Source: Podarcis vaucheri | Taxonomy: Eukaryota | Assembly: GCA_965113315.1 (NCBI GenBank) | Contig: OZ220363.1 | Length of the DNA: 64,000 nucleotides | Direction: 5' to 3' (one strand) | Shown here: one piece after another, positions 61,480 to 64,000 of the stretch | Position numbering within the stretch: position 1 is the first letter of the stretch | Layout: each line of letters starts with the position of its first letter | Notes under the pieces: generated by a model | Seen by the model: only the letters and a program-made list of their open reading frames with translations | Databases searched by the model: none | What the model was told of the DNA's origin: nothing | Program-made: the position numbers and the translations under genes

Positions 61480-64000
61480 TTAGTGAAGTTTTATTATCTG
61501 TTAGACATTTGCTTGGTCTCATTCAAATGAGTAGATCTGTCCTTGTTTTGAATGAGTCAGGAATATGAACTCTTCTCAGAGCAGTCTTACATCGATTCTC
61601 TCTAAATGTCTAAATATTGAAATGATAATATAATGATCTAAATTTATATCAGTATTTTATCAGTTAACAGTGAAAGGCACTGATTGCCATTCTAATTACC
61701 TCCCATAGCTTGATGCTAGAGCCACACTTACTTGGGAATTTGGTATCATTCAAACAAATTTAATTTCGGGTAAACGTGTTAAGAATTTACGTGCCAGAGT
61801 GTTAAAAATATGTTCCTGAGAGAATGCACCAAATCTTTTTATCATTGATCATTTCCAGCTTGGGGGGAGCTTGGGGGGAAAGAATGCCCACCTCTGTCCG
61901 TGCTCGGTGACTTGCATCCTGCCTAGAAGTTCAAACAAGATAAGCATGTGGAATTATTTTCGCATGTGAAATGGAAAATACTGGTCAGTGTGGCTGCGTT
62001 GTGCATGCAGAGACAAATGAATAAGGTCTGTGAAATTTAATCACGTAATCAGTTAATCAAAATATTTTGATCAAATGAACACACACACACGGTAATTATA
62101 AGTACTATTGATGACCAATTCCATCAAAGAAGTATCTCCCGCCCTTGTGTGAGAGAATGGGGAGTCCCTTTTCTAAGATGATGTGTGCTACCGCACACGT
62201 TTTTATTTAGAACTACTGGGTTATATCCCATGTTGCATGAGCTCTTTCTCTTTGCCCACTCTACAGGCCGCTGTGCTTGCCAAAATCCTATCCAAAGGGC
62301 TGGGAGAACCTGCCCAACATTGTGAGCTGTCCTCTGGGCTGCAAGGGGTTGCAGGGTACTGGCAGGGGGAGCAAGGTGTTGAGTGAGATTGCCTTCTGCT
62401 TATGCCATATTGGGTGCAACCCTTAGTTTCTCATATGCAATAATTGTGCAGATTTGACTAATTCTTTAATTATTTGACTAAACCTGAGTTCATTATTGAT
62501 ATTTTAATTGGTGGCAGCCCTATTCTAAGATAAAAAATTCCACTCCACCCCCAGATCCAAGATTTTTGCATTAAGAAGCAGCAATACATTATTCCAAATA
62601 CACTAACATACTTTATTCTAACCGAATTGTGTATTTTTAAAAGAAAATATAGATAAAAACCAATTTTTATGTGTTATATTTGAATGAATGAATGAAATAA
62701 GTAAATAAATAGATAGAAGAAAATGTAGATCATTGCAGTAGGCTGTGGTAAAGGGCATGTTAGGAAACCGTCATGATCTGGGTTTGTATGAGGAAATCAA
62801 TGAATCTTTGTTACGGCATGGGAAACGCAAGTGTATAGTAGAAGTCTGCACTGCCACCCCTGGAAATGGGCCAGGATCCTCTTTAACCCAGGCTAGAAGA
62901 CCACTGACTGAAAAGAGAAGTACTCTGTACCAAACAATGAATTCAGAAACTTACATAAATTAATATGCTTTGATGTTGTACGATATATTCCTATCTGTGC
63001 TAGTGATTGAGAGGTTCAAGGAGCTGACAATAGACTGCCCTCTAACTCTGGCTTTTGAGATTTCACCCTCCATTGCCATTTTTAAAGCATATCTTCACAA
63101 CCAGAAAGGCTTGGATTTTATTATTTTAAAGAAGAAAAGCTTAATTCCTTTTGGCAGTGCCATGTTGAGTGGCTTTTCTCTTCTATGCAATGACAGCATA
63201 TGCATTGGTCCTTCCTTTGGGTTTCTGCACATGTAGCAGAGTTTTTTTACATTTTCTGTTTTCCCCCTCGAGAACAAGGCGACCTAGGAGCCTGAGAGTT
63301 TCAGGATCAAACCCCCTCTACAGTTTGCCTTCATTGCACTCCACATTTTTTGTACCAGTTAGGGCACTTTGCATTCTTTCTGTATTTGTATCTGCAATGT
63401 TTCAGATATGGGAAGAATTGAAGCTAGTGTCAGGATTTCCCAATGTGAGCTGGAGAGGTTTATTGCTATCTCCCATGAGCCTTCAGTTGTCCAACTTGAC
63501 ATCTTAAGATCCATATTTTTGTTTCATTTGGATATACAGCTGCAGGTTCTGAAACAACACAATCCATTAAATAATGAGAAAGTGTTTGGTGAACTGGGTC
63601 ACACAGGTGTTGAGGAGTATTGGCTTGAGCTGTGGTGAAATGTCAAAAACACTTTGGTCTGATCTTAGGTTGGTTGTCCTTTGCTTAAGACAAACCTCAA
63701 TTCAGTAACTCCACATTTAGCTTAACTAATTTTTTACAGCCACTGTTTTCTCATGTCTAAGCTTTTCTTTGAACTCAACCTTTTTATATGCATGTAGTCG
63801 TTCACCTGTCAGAATTCTGCATGTTCTGCGATATGCAGTATCCTCACTTTTATGTTTCAGAGAAAGTTTTATATGTTCAAATGCATGGATTTTTAATTGC
63901 ATCTCAGGATTTGTTTTAACTAGGCCTGGTGGTGTGAACCTGTAGTAAAAACGATTCCCTTTCATTTGTGGGTATGACTTTTTGTAAATCTAACCTGAAA

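Noticed and set aside
1-64000. CRISPR arrays, operons, or phage/defence systems
   Set aside because: This is a eukaryotic intron-exon locus with no repeat-spacer arrays and no long non-SLC49A4 coding regions.

Overview
Vertebrate genomic DNA, not prokaryotic. The repeat content (intact Sauria SINE, tRNA-Lys/CR1-tail SINEs, CR1 and L2 fragments) points to a squamate reptile, plausibly a lacertid lizard. The window holds coding exons 2-9 of SLC49A4 (DIRC2, a lysosomal MFS transporter of the FLVCR/SLC49 family) on the + strand: 9814-9907, 20730-20992, 24991-25120, 32019-32127, 32683-32750, 37769-37896, 54280-54462 and 57317-57432. All have GT-AG boundaries and splice into one open frame of 1091 nt ending ...YLDVIVSV*. 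Exon 1 lies upstream of the window. The rest is intron or 3' flank, rich in non-autonomous DNA transposons (Tigger-like, Tc2-like, hAT) and retroposon fragments, with one 177-N assembly gap. I cannot support a wholly new biological system. The best leads are (i) a young 902-bp hAT element in intron 7 that appears to carry a captured GC-rich, coding-like host fragment plus a CRE/kB/E-box cluster, and (ii) an inverted MITE pair bracketing the in-frame 177-nt exon 5-6 cassette. Repeat family names and human-protein comparisons are from recall, not database searches.
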